This document shows positions 52,266-64,000 of a DNA stretch of 64,000 nucleotides, one piece after another. Origin of the DNA: Octopus vulgaris (Eukaryota); NCBI GenBank assembly GCA_951406725.2, contig OX597842.1, positions 22,444,001 through 22,508,000 of the forward strand. Direction: 5' to 3'. Both the position numbers and the translations under genes were made by a program. Below the pieces are notes generated by a model, which saw only the letters and a program-made list of their open reading frames with translations, had not been told where the DNA came from and did no database searches. Position 1 is the first letter of the stretch. Every line of letters starts with the position of its first letter.

Positions 52266-53633
52266 TTAGTATGTTTTTATAAGGATAAACCGTGGATATA
52301 AATTTTTACCTCATGAGTTACTTTCTATTTTGTTATTAAAATTATATTCTACAACCTTGAGGTAATGTCTACATATTCACAGGCATCGGCTCCTCCACCT
52401 TCTGATATTATCTAACATTTTAAACTACACAATCATCATTTAACGGCTATTTTCCATGCTGGCATGGGTTGGACTGCTTGAGAGGAGCTGGTGACCCAGG
52501 AGACTACACCAAGCCTTGTGATAACATTGTTCTATCTTCAGAAATGTGGTTAGTCATTGTTGTTCAACCCTAGGCCTGATCTGATAGAGTAGGTTATTCT
52601 TAATGTTTAAAACTAAAATGGGCAGTTGAGGGAAAACATTTTTGCTGTTATTTCTAGCCAGTTGACTAACCATTTAGATGTACTTAGTCATTCAGTACTG
52701 TTTAATCCTAGGTCTGCCTGGACAGAGAAGGTTCATGATCAATGGCATTCCTACCATGACTGCCTCAGCCTTCTTTCTGGCCTAACATAAAACTACATTA
52801 TCCTCCAACATAATTCTCAGTTTTCAATTCCAGACAATGGAATTTAAAGTGAACTTAACTGCTATTTCTAGCACATATATTGACCGCATAGGCACCCTCT
52901 CAGTGAATTATTTTTCTTTAGCCCCAGGACAGCTTTGCCTGAGCAAACCCATTATGAAAGGCAGGCTGTTTTGAAGACTGTTGTGAATATGACAGATTAA
53001 AAAGACATGACAAGTTTTTTCAGTTTCTCTCTACCAATAATCCACTTGCAAGGCTTTGGTCAGCTTAAGGCAATAGCAGAAGACACTTTCCCAAAGTGCC
53101 ATGCAGTGGGACTGAACCAGGGACCATGTGGTTAGGAAACAAACTTCACAGCTACACCTATTTTTTTACTACCCACATGGGGCTAAACACAGACAGGACA
53201 AACAAGGACAGACAAACGGATTAAGCCGATTACATCGACCCCAGTGCGTAACTGGTACTTAATTTATCGACCTCGAAATGAAAGGCAAAGTCGACCTCGG
53301 CAGAATTTGAACTCAGAACGTAGCGGCAGACGAAATACCTATTTCTTTACTACCCACAAGGGGCTAAACACAGAGGAGACAAACAAGGACAGACAAACGG
53401 ATTAAGTCGATTACATCGACCCCGAAAGAATGAAAGGTAAAGTCGACCTCGGCGGAATTTGAACTCAGAACGTAATGCCAGACGAAATACGGCTATGCAT
53501 TTCGTCCGGCGTGCTAACGTTTCTGCCAGCTCGCCGCCTTATGGCTAGAGATAACCGCTACGATAAAACAATACACAACTTTTAATGGACACAATCTGCA
53601 AGCGGAATAACGAATGTGCACGTAAACAACAGT

Positions 53634-53940
53634 GGAGGCGCAATGGCCCAGTGGTTAGGGAAGCGGATTCGCGGACGGAGGATCGCGGTTTCGATTCCCA
53701 AACCGGCCGTTGTGTGTGTTTATAGAGCGAAAACACATAAAGCCCCACGAGGCTCCGACAGGAGGTGGTGGCGATCCCTGTTGTACCCTTTCGACCCAAC
53801 TTTTTCTCACTCTTTCTTTCTGTTTCTTGAGTAACGCTGCGATGGACTGGCGTCCCGTCCAGCTGGGGGGAACACATATGCCACAGAAGCCGGGAAACTG
53901 GGCCCATGAGCCTGGCTAGGCTTGAAAAGGGCGAATAAAT
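53634..53940 (+). mobile_element. SINE family C (tRNA-derived head GGAGGCGCAATGGCCCAGTGGTTAGG)
   Basis: A/B boxes; other copies 35346-35762, 36323-36620, 36880-37072(-), 47579-47945, 48040-48640(-), 15412-15500. Confidence 0.75.
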
Positions 53941-54700
53941 AAAAAAATATATAAAACGTAAACAACAGGAGCATGAGTGGCTGTGTGGTAAGTAGCTTGT
54001 TTACCAACCACATGGTTCCGGGTTCAGTCCCACTGCGTGACACCTTGGGCAAGTGTCTTCTACTATAGCCTCGGGCCGACCAAAGCCTTGTGAGTGGATT
54101 TGGTAGACGGAAACTGAAAGAAGCCCGTCGTATATATGTATATATATATATATATATAGGCTCAGGAGTGGCTGTGTGGTAAATAGCTTGCTAACCAACC
54201 ACATGGTCCCGGGTTCAGTCCCACTGCGTGACACCTTGGGCAAGTGTCTTCTACTATAGCCTCGGGCCGACCAAAGCCTTGTGAGTGGATTTGGTAGACG
54301 GAAACTGAAAGAAGCCCGTCGTATATATGTATATGTATGTGTGTATATGTTTGTGTGTCTGTGTTTGTCCCCGCAACATCGCTTGGCAACCGATGCTGGT
54401 GTGTTTATGTCCCCGTTACTTAGCGGTTCGGCAAAAGTGACATTAGAATAAGTACTGGGCTTACAAAGAATAAGTCCCGGGGTCGAGTTGCTCGACTAAA
54501 TGCGGTGCTCCAGCATGGCCGCAGTCAAATGACTGAAACAAGTAAAAGAGTAACATATTACATTCACCTTAGTTCACTAATTAATCATCATTTCATGTGA
54601 TTACTATAATCAATAAACTTAATTAATTAGGGTATATTTAATACACGTAAAAAAGCAAGACATTCCGAGATTTCAACTTAACCGAAATGTATATAAATGT

Positions 54701-54850
54701 TTTACCTGGAGTTTTATATAAATCACGGATTAATGTAAATTATTTTTAATTTACATTAAGAGGCGATTCCACTGAGAACTGAATATTGAGACATTCTAAA
54801 AAAAACCGAAACGTAAACAGCGAAACGAACTATTAATCTGGATGTGTACA
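54701..54850 (-). promoter_or_regulatory. Candidate non-coding first exon of ZNF5 (donor CAG|GTAAA at 54706/54705)
   Basis: ttacctg..tatataaatca..taatgt..aaacgaac blocks shared with 41221-41400. Confidence 0.45.
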
Positions 54851-55231
54851 TCGTGTCATTAATCTATTACTGTTTACAAAACAAATGTTACCGTTTTTAT
54901 ACTTTTCAATTGCTTCAAAATACATTTAGAAATATAGTACAGATTTTTAAATAATGTATTCGAAAGATTATCTAGACGAAATTATATTTTATTAATGCGA
55001 ATTATATCAAAAGGTGCAAAACTAGAACTGGAATGGAGAAACGAAGAGTCGGGATCTGGTCAAAACAGAAAGATTATTTGGAATAGATTAAAATATAATT
55101 AATTAAAAGTTACGTTAGGGAAGTTTTCCCCCAAATTCCCTGAAACAACTAAGATATTAGATCATTTTTAATATAATGATTCTGTGGTATTTTAAAATTT
55201 GGTAAAATGGAAAATTTTCAGCATTTAATTG

Positions 55232-55609
55232 GGATCTTTTCCTTTTGAATGGCAGTTTTCAACACAATTTCTAGTTAACTAAACACTTTAAAACTTCGTA
55301 TACTGGTAGAATGTGTCAAAATAAAACGTTTTTTTTCTCTTGGCTTTCTTGAGAAAATTGTAATTTGTAAGTTTAACGTAGTTTAATTTTTCGAATTTTA
55401 ACCAATCAATGGCCTCTATTGAGCTAAAATCATTTGATTGGTTAAAATTCGAAAAATTAAACTACGTTAAACTTACAAATTATAATTTTCTCAAGAAAGC
55501 CAAGAGAAAAAATGTTTTATTTTGACACATTCTACCAGTATACAAAGTTTTCAAGTGTTTAGTTAACTAGAAATTGTGTTGAAAACTGCCATTCAAAAGG
55601 AAAAGATAC
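55232..55609. mobile_element. Near-palindromic MITE family M2 (GGATCTTTTCC termini; 8-bp TSD tttaattg)
   Basis: ~180-bp inverted arms; half copy at 9939-10124; related element at 8515-9116. Confidence 0.8.
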
Positions 55610-56078
55610 TTTAATTGCAGATAAAGATATTGTTACATCTCGAATTTCGTCAGATTATTATTTGAAAAAAAAATGTTGTTTTGAAATGCTGAAGATTATT
55701 TTCTTGAAAATAATCATGAATCACAAGCTAAAAGTTATGTTATTTTAGCCAATCAAAAGACTACATTGGCGGCATATCATCTGTGCTGATCTCCATCAAT
55801 ATTTTTGTGGTCTTTTGACCTGCTAGAAATAGCAGGTCAGATAACTGCTTACAGTGGAAACTTAGTTCCTCTTTCTTCGGTCTATATTTATTATGTCAAT
55901 ATTACTCTTTTACTTGTTTCAGTCATTTGACTGCGGCCATGCTGGAGCACCGCCTTTAATCAAGCAACTCGACCCCGAGACTTATTCTTTTGTAAGCCCA
56001 GTACTTATTCCATTGGTCTCTAAGTTACGGGGACATAAACACACCAGCATCAGTTGTCAAGCGATGTTGCGGGGACAA

Positions 56079-56118
<40 letters not shown>

Positions 56119-58174
56119 GACAGGCTTCTTTCAGTTTCTGTCTACCAAATCCACTCACAAAGCTTTGGTCGGCCCGAGGCTATAGTAGAAGACACTTGCC
56201 CAAGGTGCCATGCAGTGGGACTGAACCTGGGACCATGTGGTTGTTAAGCAAGCTACTTACCACCCAGCCATTCCTGCGCCTATATACATATATACGACAG
56301 GCTTCTTTCAGTTTCCGTCTACCAAATCCACTCACAAGGCTTTGGTCGGCCCAAGGCTACAGTAGAAGACACTTGCCCAAGGTGTCATGCAGTGGGACTG
56401 AACCCGGAGCCATGTGGTTGGTAAACAAGCTACTTACCACACAGCCACTCCTATGCCTATACATATATATATATATATATATACATACATATATATGACG
56501 GGCTTCTTTCAGTTTCCATCTACCAAATCCACTCACAAGGCTTTGGTCGGCCCGAGGCTATAGTAGAAGGCACTTGCCCAAGGTGCCTTGCAGTGGGACT
56601 GAACCCGGAAGCATGTGGTTGGTAAACAACCACTCCTGGTTTATTTAAACATCTTTGTTTCAAAGGAAAGAATCTGAAATAAATGTAGAAATCTGACGAA
56701 AGTAACAATGTTGTTTTAATGACTTGTAGGAACGTGGTGGTTTTTTAGTTAAGCAACCATAATATATCATAATGTATATTAAATGTTTTTATAAGCCAAC
56801 ACCACGTTCTACGGCATTAGCAGTAATCTTTATATTATTATGTTATCTGAAGTTTCATTGTTTGTTTACATCTGATATCTTGATACTGTAGCGTAAGCTT
56901 AGTGTAATTCTTTCTTTCTCTCTGACATATATAACATAAATACGGACGTACCAGATAATAGCTAACCTTCGGCCGCTTGGGCCCTATTGTGTCCACTACT
57001 CTGATTGGTTGGTATTGGCACAATGCTTAGCGGTATTTCGTCTGCCGTTACATTCTGAGTTCAAATTCCACTGAGGTCGACTTTGCTTTTCATCCTTTCG
57101 GGGTCGATAAATTAAGTACCAGTTACGCACTGGGGTCGATGTAATCGACTTAATACCTATGTCTGTCCTTGTTTGTCCCCTCTATGTTTAGCCCCTTGTG
57201 GGTAATAAAGAAATAGGTATTAGCGCAACTTTTCTCTTGTTCAATTACGTGCCAATGTGCAACCTAGCCAATCGCAGCCTTCTGATAAGGTCCCATGACA
57301 CAGTTTTTCTAAAGCTCCATTTGAGCCTATAATTTGCTATAAAACACAGTGATTCATTGAGTTGAACGTCTTTGGTTCTGACCACAGACCACAGCGCACT
57401 CAGCCAGTTCCGGCAATATCAGCAGTATTTCCAGACCTCCATCTTATCGATGCCAACATCTCTACGTATACATCAACTTCATCGGAATGAATCAGATGAG
57501 GGATCAGGCTATGGTGGAAGCTGTAAGATGTCCAGTGTATGCATGTATGTATGTGTGTGCTAGTGTGTATATGTGTGTGTGTGCTAGTGTGTATATGTGT
57601 GTGGTCTGTTTGTGTTTGTCTCCCATCACTGCTTGACACTAGGTGTTGGTTTGCTAACATCGGCATGGCTTAGCAGTTTGGCAACAATGGCCAATAGAAT
57701 TAGGGTCCTGGTATGAAAATAAGTACAGGGATTGCTTCATTCAAATAAATCCCTTTAAGGTGGTGCCCCAGCATAGCTGCAGTCCATGAAACAAGACCAG
57801 AACCTCACATTATTACGGTTCAATCTCAAATCTCTTTGGAAACGTATACTTATCAGATGACGGTGATTCAGTAGCAGACCCATGGAAGGAATCAGAAGAT
57901 GAGGGATCAGGTTTTGATATTAGAAGGGAGCAAGTCGCTGTCAGCACCATCACTGGAGATGCTCTCCATAAGATAATCTTTGTGGCCAGTGCTGCTGACA
58001 TGTAAAAGATGCCCAGAATATTCTGTAAAGTGGTTGGCTTTAGAAGGGGCATCCAGCCATAGAAACCATGTCACAATATACGACAGGTCCCTGGTGCAGC
58101 TCCCAGGCTGACCAGATCTAGACATGGAAAATGGATGTTCAATGATTATATACATATATAGACGCAGGAGTGGC

Positions 58175-58680
58175 AAGAGTACAGCTATCAGCGGAGTCTA
58201 TCATTGAGATTGTGCCACCTCCTTTCCTCAGCAGGGAAAGGAAGGCTTGTTTTTCCTGCGTAGTAGCCATACTGAAAGAAACAGTATGGAAGACGCGTAC
58301 GAAAGGTATAGTGACAGGTACCTTTGTATCCGGCCAGGGGTTGGTTAACTTTTTCAGTTACCACCTCGGTAGTAAGATCAGGCTGGAGAAGAGGTGTCTG
58401 TCACGAGACATGTTTGTGAAAAGATGGAAGTCTGTAGCATGCAAGCTGCGTATATCTGGCACCAGGTAAGTGTGGCCGGATCAAGAAGTAAAGGTTCTAC
58501 CCAGATGGCTGGGATCCGTGCCCTACTGTATAATACCTAATTTTAAAAACTTTATATTGTAAATATTATATATATTTTATTGTAATCACCAACGTTTTAA
58601 GCTACTACACCCAATATGTTTGTCTGTATTTGTATGTCCCCTCTATGTAACGCCTTAATGGCGAATCTTTCATGAAATAA
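58175..58680 (+). mobile_element. 3' fragment of a Tx1/L1-like LINE inserted into a SINE head
   Basis: AILKETVWKTR..KIRLE..FVKRW resembles Tx1 ORF2 C-termini; ends in gaaataaa; splits SINE A between GTGGC and AGTAGC. Confidence 0.5.
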
Positions 58681-60445
58681 AGTAGCTTGCTTACCAACCA
58701 CATGGTTCCGGGTTCAGTCCCACTGCGTGGCACCTTGGGCAAGTGTCTTCTGCTATAGCCTCGGGCCGACCGAAACCTTGTGAGTGGATTTGGTAGACGG
58801 AAACTGAAAGAAGCCCATTGTATATATGTATATATATATATATGTGTGCATGTATGTCTGTGCTTGTCCCCCTAGCATTGCTTGACAACCGATGCTGGTG
58901 TGTTTATGTCCCCATCACTTAACGGTTCGTCAAAAGAAACCGATAGAATAAGTACTGGGCTTACATAGAATAAGTCCTAGGGTCGAGTTGCTCGATTAAA
59001 GGCGGTGCTCCAGCATGGCCACAGTCAAATGACTGAAACAAGTAAAAGAGTATACACACACACACGATACACGATGGACTTCTTTCAGATTCCAATCACA
59101 AGATATTCATGGGCTTCTTTCAGTTTCCATCCACTAAATCCATTCACAAGACTTTGGTCAATCTGATGTTATTGTAATAGACACTTGCTGAAGGGACTAA
59201 ACATTGGGACTGAACCCAGAACCATGTAGTTGGGAAGCAAACTTATTACCACCTGGTCATACCTATGCATATGCTTAGACATTTTACATATAAAATCAAT
59301 GGAGAATAATTAGTGAGTAAAACAATTTTATTCTTTCAGGTTTTAACAAATAATCACAAAATATGATGAGGTCAGAAGTGAAAAATCTCAGTCTCGCAGC
59401 TGAAATGACTAAAGATTGAGATTGTTTTTAGACAGACAGGTCCACAAATTGAAATCGATCAACATCAATGAAAATTGCAGCTGTGATACCAGTGCCGGTG
59501 GTACGTAAGAGAACCATCCAAACATGGCCGTTGCCAGCGCCGCCCTCACTGGCCTCGTGCCGGTGGCACGTAAAAAGCACCATCCGATTGTGGCCGTTTG
59601 CCAGCCTCATCTGGCACCTGAGCAGGTGGCACATAAAAGCACCCACTACACTCACGGAGTGGTTGACGTTAGGAAGGGCATCCAGCTGTAGAAACATTGC
59701 CAGATCAGACTGAGCCTGGTGCAGCCTCCTGGCTTCCCAGACACCAGTTGAACTGTCCAACCCATGCTGTCCAACCCAAGGTACCGAAAGCGGACGCTAA
59801 ACGAAGATGATGATGATGATGATGAGGTCCAACACTCAGTACAAAATGGGAGATTTCACACAACTAGTGATATTTTCCTGTATGGATAGTTATATGCCTG
59901 GTTAAGTGATTTCCTTGGGAGAATTATTTACCACAGATGTATGAAGTATTGAAGACCAGTCTCAAAATCCTGGACCTTACAAAGGAGATGACAGACGATT
60001 GCTGTACTGGAGAAGACCTCCCCACCACAACAGAATTGAGTTCCTGAAACCAAGGTGTTATGTAAAAAGCACTGGTGATGGGGCTATGGCAGAAACACCC
60101 AGTACACTCTGTGGAATGGTTGGCATTAGGAAAGGTATCCAGTCATAGAAACCAAACCAAAACAGACTTTGGAACCTGGTGCAGCCCCTGGTCTCATCAG
60201 TTCCTGTGAAGCCATGGAAAACAAACATTAAATGTTGATGAAGATGATGATGTCATGGTGACGTTTTCTCTCCGGTTTGTGTTTAGATAAAGTATCATTA
60301 AGAGGAAATGATTTACCACAGATGGATGAAGTATTGAAGGCCAGTCTCAAAATGCTGAACCTTACAAAGGAATTGACAGACGGTTGAGATATGTGGGGTA
60401 TTGCTGTACTGGAGAAGACCTGCCCACTACAACAGAATTGTGATC

Positions 60446-60655
60446 TTAACCCTTTCGTTACTGTATTTATTTTGAGATGCTCTGTGTTTCTTTCAATTAA
60501 TTGTAAATATAACAAAGAATTTAGTAAAATAACTTAGTTATCATTAAGCTAATGTTAGAATCATAAATTGTGACTAAGGTTTGGTGGAAGATTTTAATTC
60601 AAAACTTATGAAAACAAGACATACTACAGAGCCGGTTTAGTATCAAAAGGGTTAA
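60446..60655. mobile_element. TTAA MITE monomer
   Basis: TTAA-CCCTTT...AAAGGG-TTAA; absent from the paralogous site near 50275. Confidence 0.8.
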
Positions 60656-60881
60656 AAGAAAGGTGTTATGTAAAAAGCATTGGTGATGGGGCAATGTTAG
60701 AAGCACCCAGTACACTGTGGAATGGTTGGCATTAGAAAAGGCATCCAGCTGTATAAATCAAACCAAAACAGACTATGGAATCTGGTGTGGTCCCTAGACT
60801 TGCTAGTTCCTGCTAAGCCGTACAACCCATGCCAGCATAGAAAACGGGGGTTCAATGTTGATGAAGAAGATGATGAAATCA

Positions 60882-61045
60882 GGCGCAGGAGTGGCTGTGT
60901 GGTAAGTAGCTTGCTTACCAACCACATGGTTCCGGGTTCAGTCCCACTGCGTGGCACCTTGGGCAACTGTCTTCTACTATAGCCTCGGGCCGACCAAAGA
61001 TTTGTGAGTGGATTTGGTAGACGGAAACTTAAAAGAAGCCTGTCG

Positions 61046-61092
<47 letters not shown>

Positions 61093-61318
61093 ATATGCGT
61101 GTGTGTGTGTATATGCGTGTGTGTGTTTGTCCCCCTAGCATTGCTTGACAACCGTGTGTTTAAGTCCCCGTTACTTAGCGGTTCGGCAAAAGAGACCAAT
61201 AGAAAAAGTACTGGGCTTACAAAAGAATAAGTCCCGGGGTCGAGTTGCTCGATTAAAGGCGGTGCTCCAGCATGGCCACAGTCAAATGACTGAAACAAGT
61301 AAAAGAGAGAGTAAAAGA
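60882..61318 (+). mobile_element. SINE A inserted immediately after the ZNF6 stop codon
   Basis: full-length copy, absent at the paralogous ZNF5 site. Confidence 0.85.
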
Positions 61319-61320
61319 TA

Positions 61321-62409
61321 TTACAGTGATGTTTTCTCTCCTGTATGAATGAGCTTGTGTTTAGTCAAAGTACCATTCAGAGCGAATGACTTACCACAGG
61401 TATCACAGGGATATGGTCTCTCACCTGTATGAATACATTTGTGAGTAGTTAAGTTGGCTTTTTTAGAGAATGACTTACCACAGATATCACAGCAATATGG
61501 CTTTTCACCTGTATGAATACGTTTGTGTGTAGTTAAATTTCCTTTTTGAGAGAATGATTTGCCACAGGTATCACACTGATATGGCTCCTCTCCTGTGTGA
61601 ATGTATCTATGCTTAGTCAAGACACTATTTCCAGAGAATGATTTACCACAGATATCACAGCGATGTGGATTCTCCCCTGTGTGAATACGTCTGTGTGTAC
61701 TTAATGCACCGTTTCGAGTGAATGATTTACCACAAATATTACAGTGATATGGCTTCTCTCCTGTATGAATATATTTGTGCTCAGTCAAGACACTCCTTCT
61801 ACTGAATGATTTGCCACAGATATCACAGCGATACGGCTTCTCACCTGTATGAATACGTTTGTGTTTTGTTAGGTGATTACTTACACTGAATGACTTGCCA
61901 CAGATATCACAACGATACGGTCTCTCTCCTGTATGAATACGTTTGTGCTTAGTAAAGTAACTACTTCCAGTGAATGATTTACCACAGATATCACAATGAT
62001 AGGGTTTCTCACCAGTATGAGTGTATCTGTGTTGAATTAAATTACTATTCTGAGAAAATGATTTACCACAGATATCACACCGATATGGTTTTTCACCTGT
62101 ATGAATACGTTTATGTGTAGTTAAGTCACTACTTCCAGAGAATGATTTACCACATATATCGCAATGGTATGGCTCCTCTCCTGTATGAAGACGTTTATGA
62201 TGAATTAAACTATTCATCTGAGAGAATGTTTTACCACAAATATCACAGTGATATGGTTTCTCTCCAGTAGAAATGCATTTATGAGTAGTTAGATTACCGC
62301 TTTGAGAGAAAGACTTTTTGCAGATATCACAACAGTTCGATAATTTTTCTCCTTCTTTCGTCATCTCTTCACGAAGTAAGATATCCTTTACATTTCTCAC
62401 ATAACTCAT
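61321..62409 (-). CDS. C2H2 zinc-finger protein (ZNF6), 12 fingers (first lacks the second His)
   Basis: 362-aa ATG ORF; N-terminus and EKTSL* end nearly identical to ZNF5. Confidence 0.92.
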   Translation of the reverse strand: MSYVRNVKDILLREEMTKEGEKLSNCCDICKKSFSQSGNLTTHKCISTGEKPYHCDICGKTFSQMNSLIHHKRLHTGEEPYHCDICGKSFSGSSDLTTHKRIHTGEKPYRCDICGKSFSQNSNLIQHRYTHTGEKPYHCDICGKSFTGSSYFTKHKRIHTGERPYRCDICGKSFSVSNHLTKHKRIHTGEKPYRCDICGKSFSRRSVLTEHKYIHTGEKPYHCNICGKSFTRNGALSTHRRIHTGENPHRCDICGKSFSGNSVLTKHRYIHTGEEPYQCDTCGKSFSQKGNLTTHKRIHTGEKPYCCDICGKSFSKKANLTTHKCIHTGERPYPCDTCGKSFALNGTLTKHKLIHTGEKTSL

Positions 62410-62734
62410 TGTTCTATAATGTTTCTGATACTACCACAATAAATAAATATTTTTCTTGTATTTCTTTTTATATATATATGTTTCTGTTGACTTCAGTATC
62501 CGAAGGCCATAAATTTCTTTCTTAATGTATCCATGTTTAATTAGAATCTGAAATGTAAATATTTCAGGAAGTGAAATATTGCTATCAATCTCAGTCCAGA
62601 ACAAAGTATTTCAGTTATTGATTCACAGATATATTATATAAACATGTTTATATCTGTTATTTATCACATTTTCCTTTAGTCTTTAAAAGATTATTAATAT
62701 TCTTGATGTATCTCAAGTAAAAATCCGTTCATGC

Positions 62735-62820
62735 CACAGACGTCTGATATTCTGAAATGATATAGAAACAATATAAAATAAAGAAAATAGTTAAAAAGGA
62801 GAGATTCAATAATAGAAATG
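62735..62820 (-). promoter_or_regulatory. 3' splice acceptor of ZNF6 (exon starts at 62751)
   Basis: reverse complement reads ttctatatcatttcag|aatatcagacg. Confidence 0.7.
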
Positions 62821-63220
62821 CTAGTGTCTGGGGAGAGTCATTTTCTTTTTGTGCTTTACAATTTAACACACTCACTGGTAAAATTTCCACTTATTTCTTA
62901 TTTTTATTATCCTAAAATTGTTGGTGCATCATGCAACCTTTAGGTTAAATTATAAGGCACAAAAAGAAAATTACATCCCACGACCACCTGATGCCTTCCT
63001 TATATCTTTGTCACACTGACATGTATTGATGTTTTAATACATATTTTACTCTATAAACATATTTAATGGAATGATGATGCACCAGAGGGTGGTCCAATCC
63101 TGGGATGAAATAAAAGTTCGCGAAAAGCTTTTCGGATTTATGGGGAGGAGGGGTTGTAGAAAAATAGAAAAATTCTGTTTCCATGATCGTACGAACTTCT
63201 GCGTGTAGATCATAAATTCA

Positions 63221-63717
63221 GTACTACTTAAGAAGTGTGGTCCCGGTGCGCGCACTCGCGTATCTGCGCTAGCTAGTCGTCATTAGTCGATCCTTACTTT
63301 GTGTTTCTGTATTTTATTTACTTTGTTTAGAAAAATTAACCACATGGTTCTGGGTTCAGTCCCACTGCGCGGTATCTTGGGCAAGTGTCTTCTACTATAG
63401 CCTCGGGCCGACCAAAGCCTTGTGAGTGAATTTGGTAGACGGAAACTGAAAGAAGCCCGTCGTATATATGTATATATATATATGTGTGTGTGCGTGTATG
63501 TTTGTGTGTCTGTGTTTGTCCCCCTAGCATTGCTTGACAACTGATGCTGGTGTGTTTACGTCCCCGTCACTTAGCGGTTCGGCAAAAAGGGGGCGATAGA
63601 ATAAGTACCGGGCTTACAAAGAATAAGTCCCGGAGTCGAGTTGCTCGATTAAAGGTGGTGCTCCAGCAAGGTCGCAGTCAAATGACTGAAACAAGTAAAA
63701 GAGTAATAAAGTAAAGT

Positions 63718-63765
<48 letters not shown>

Positions 63766-63996
63766 GGGGTTAGGGTTAGGGGTGTGAGAAAAGGGTTTCT
63801 GTTATCTTCAGAAATGTAAACAAAGCCACCTGTGTACCGAAGGATTGCCTATTTCCTTTGTGTAAACAAATTATTTATTTTGTGTTTTATTGACTTTGCT
63901 TGGTAGTCGTTGTAGGATCGACTAGCCACGACTAGGTGGCGCGGATGCGTGAGTACGCGAGTGCGCGCGCCGGGACCACTCTTCTTAAGTAGTACC
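63221..63996. mobile_element. MITE M3 variant with a nested SINE A (63338-63703)
   Basis: gtactacttaagaag..ggtcccgg left end, cttcttaagtagtacc right end. Confidence 0.7.
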
Positions 63997-64000
63997 CACA

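Larger units (their letters stand above)
49348..52270 (-). repeat. Segmental duplication unit (ZNF5 copy), paralogous to 59112-62825
   Basis: colinear high similarity in the 5'UTR, acceptor and 3' flank. Confidence 0.85.

Noticed and set aside
56690-56815. Second hammerhead candidate (ctgacgaaag)
   Set aside because: No correctly placed stem II/GAAA/stem III could be built
63765-63785. Telomere or chromosome end
   Set aside because: Only 2-3 TTAGGG units, internal to MITEs

Overview
AT-rich eukaryotic (animal) genomic DNA. The SINE families and dense C2H2 array point to an octopod cephalopod (inference, not proven). The window holds a tandem cluster of six single-coding-exon, multi-finger C2H2 zinc-finger genes (three on +, three on -, convergent at about 29-37 kb), none with a recognisable KRAB/SCAN/BTB/ZAD effector domain. 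All six share a homologous splice acceptor upstream of the ORF. Four have candidate non-coding first exons that form two homologous pairs. The genes sit in a dense transposon landscape: four SINE-like families, a full-length but catalytically mutated DD34E Tc1 element, decayed mariner, pogo/Tigger, CRE-like, RTE, CR1-like and Tx1-like retroelements, Helitron-like elements, and several MITE families with 8-bp or TTAA target duplications. Notable structure includes a recent ZNF5/ZNF6 duplication with finger gain/loss and helix changes, a ~2.3-kb inverted duplication enclosing a candidate promoter, a CpG-rich TTAGGG-bearing MITE found near first exons, a SINE/LINE shared 3' tail, and a minimal hammerhead-ribozyme-like motif. 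All coordinates were read by eye; repeat boundaries are approximate.
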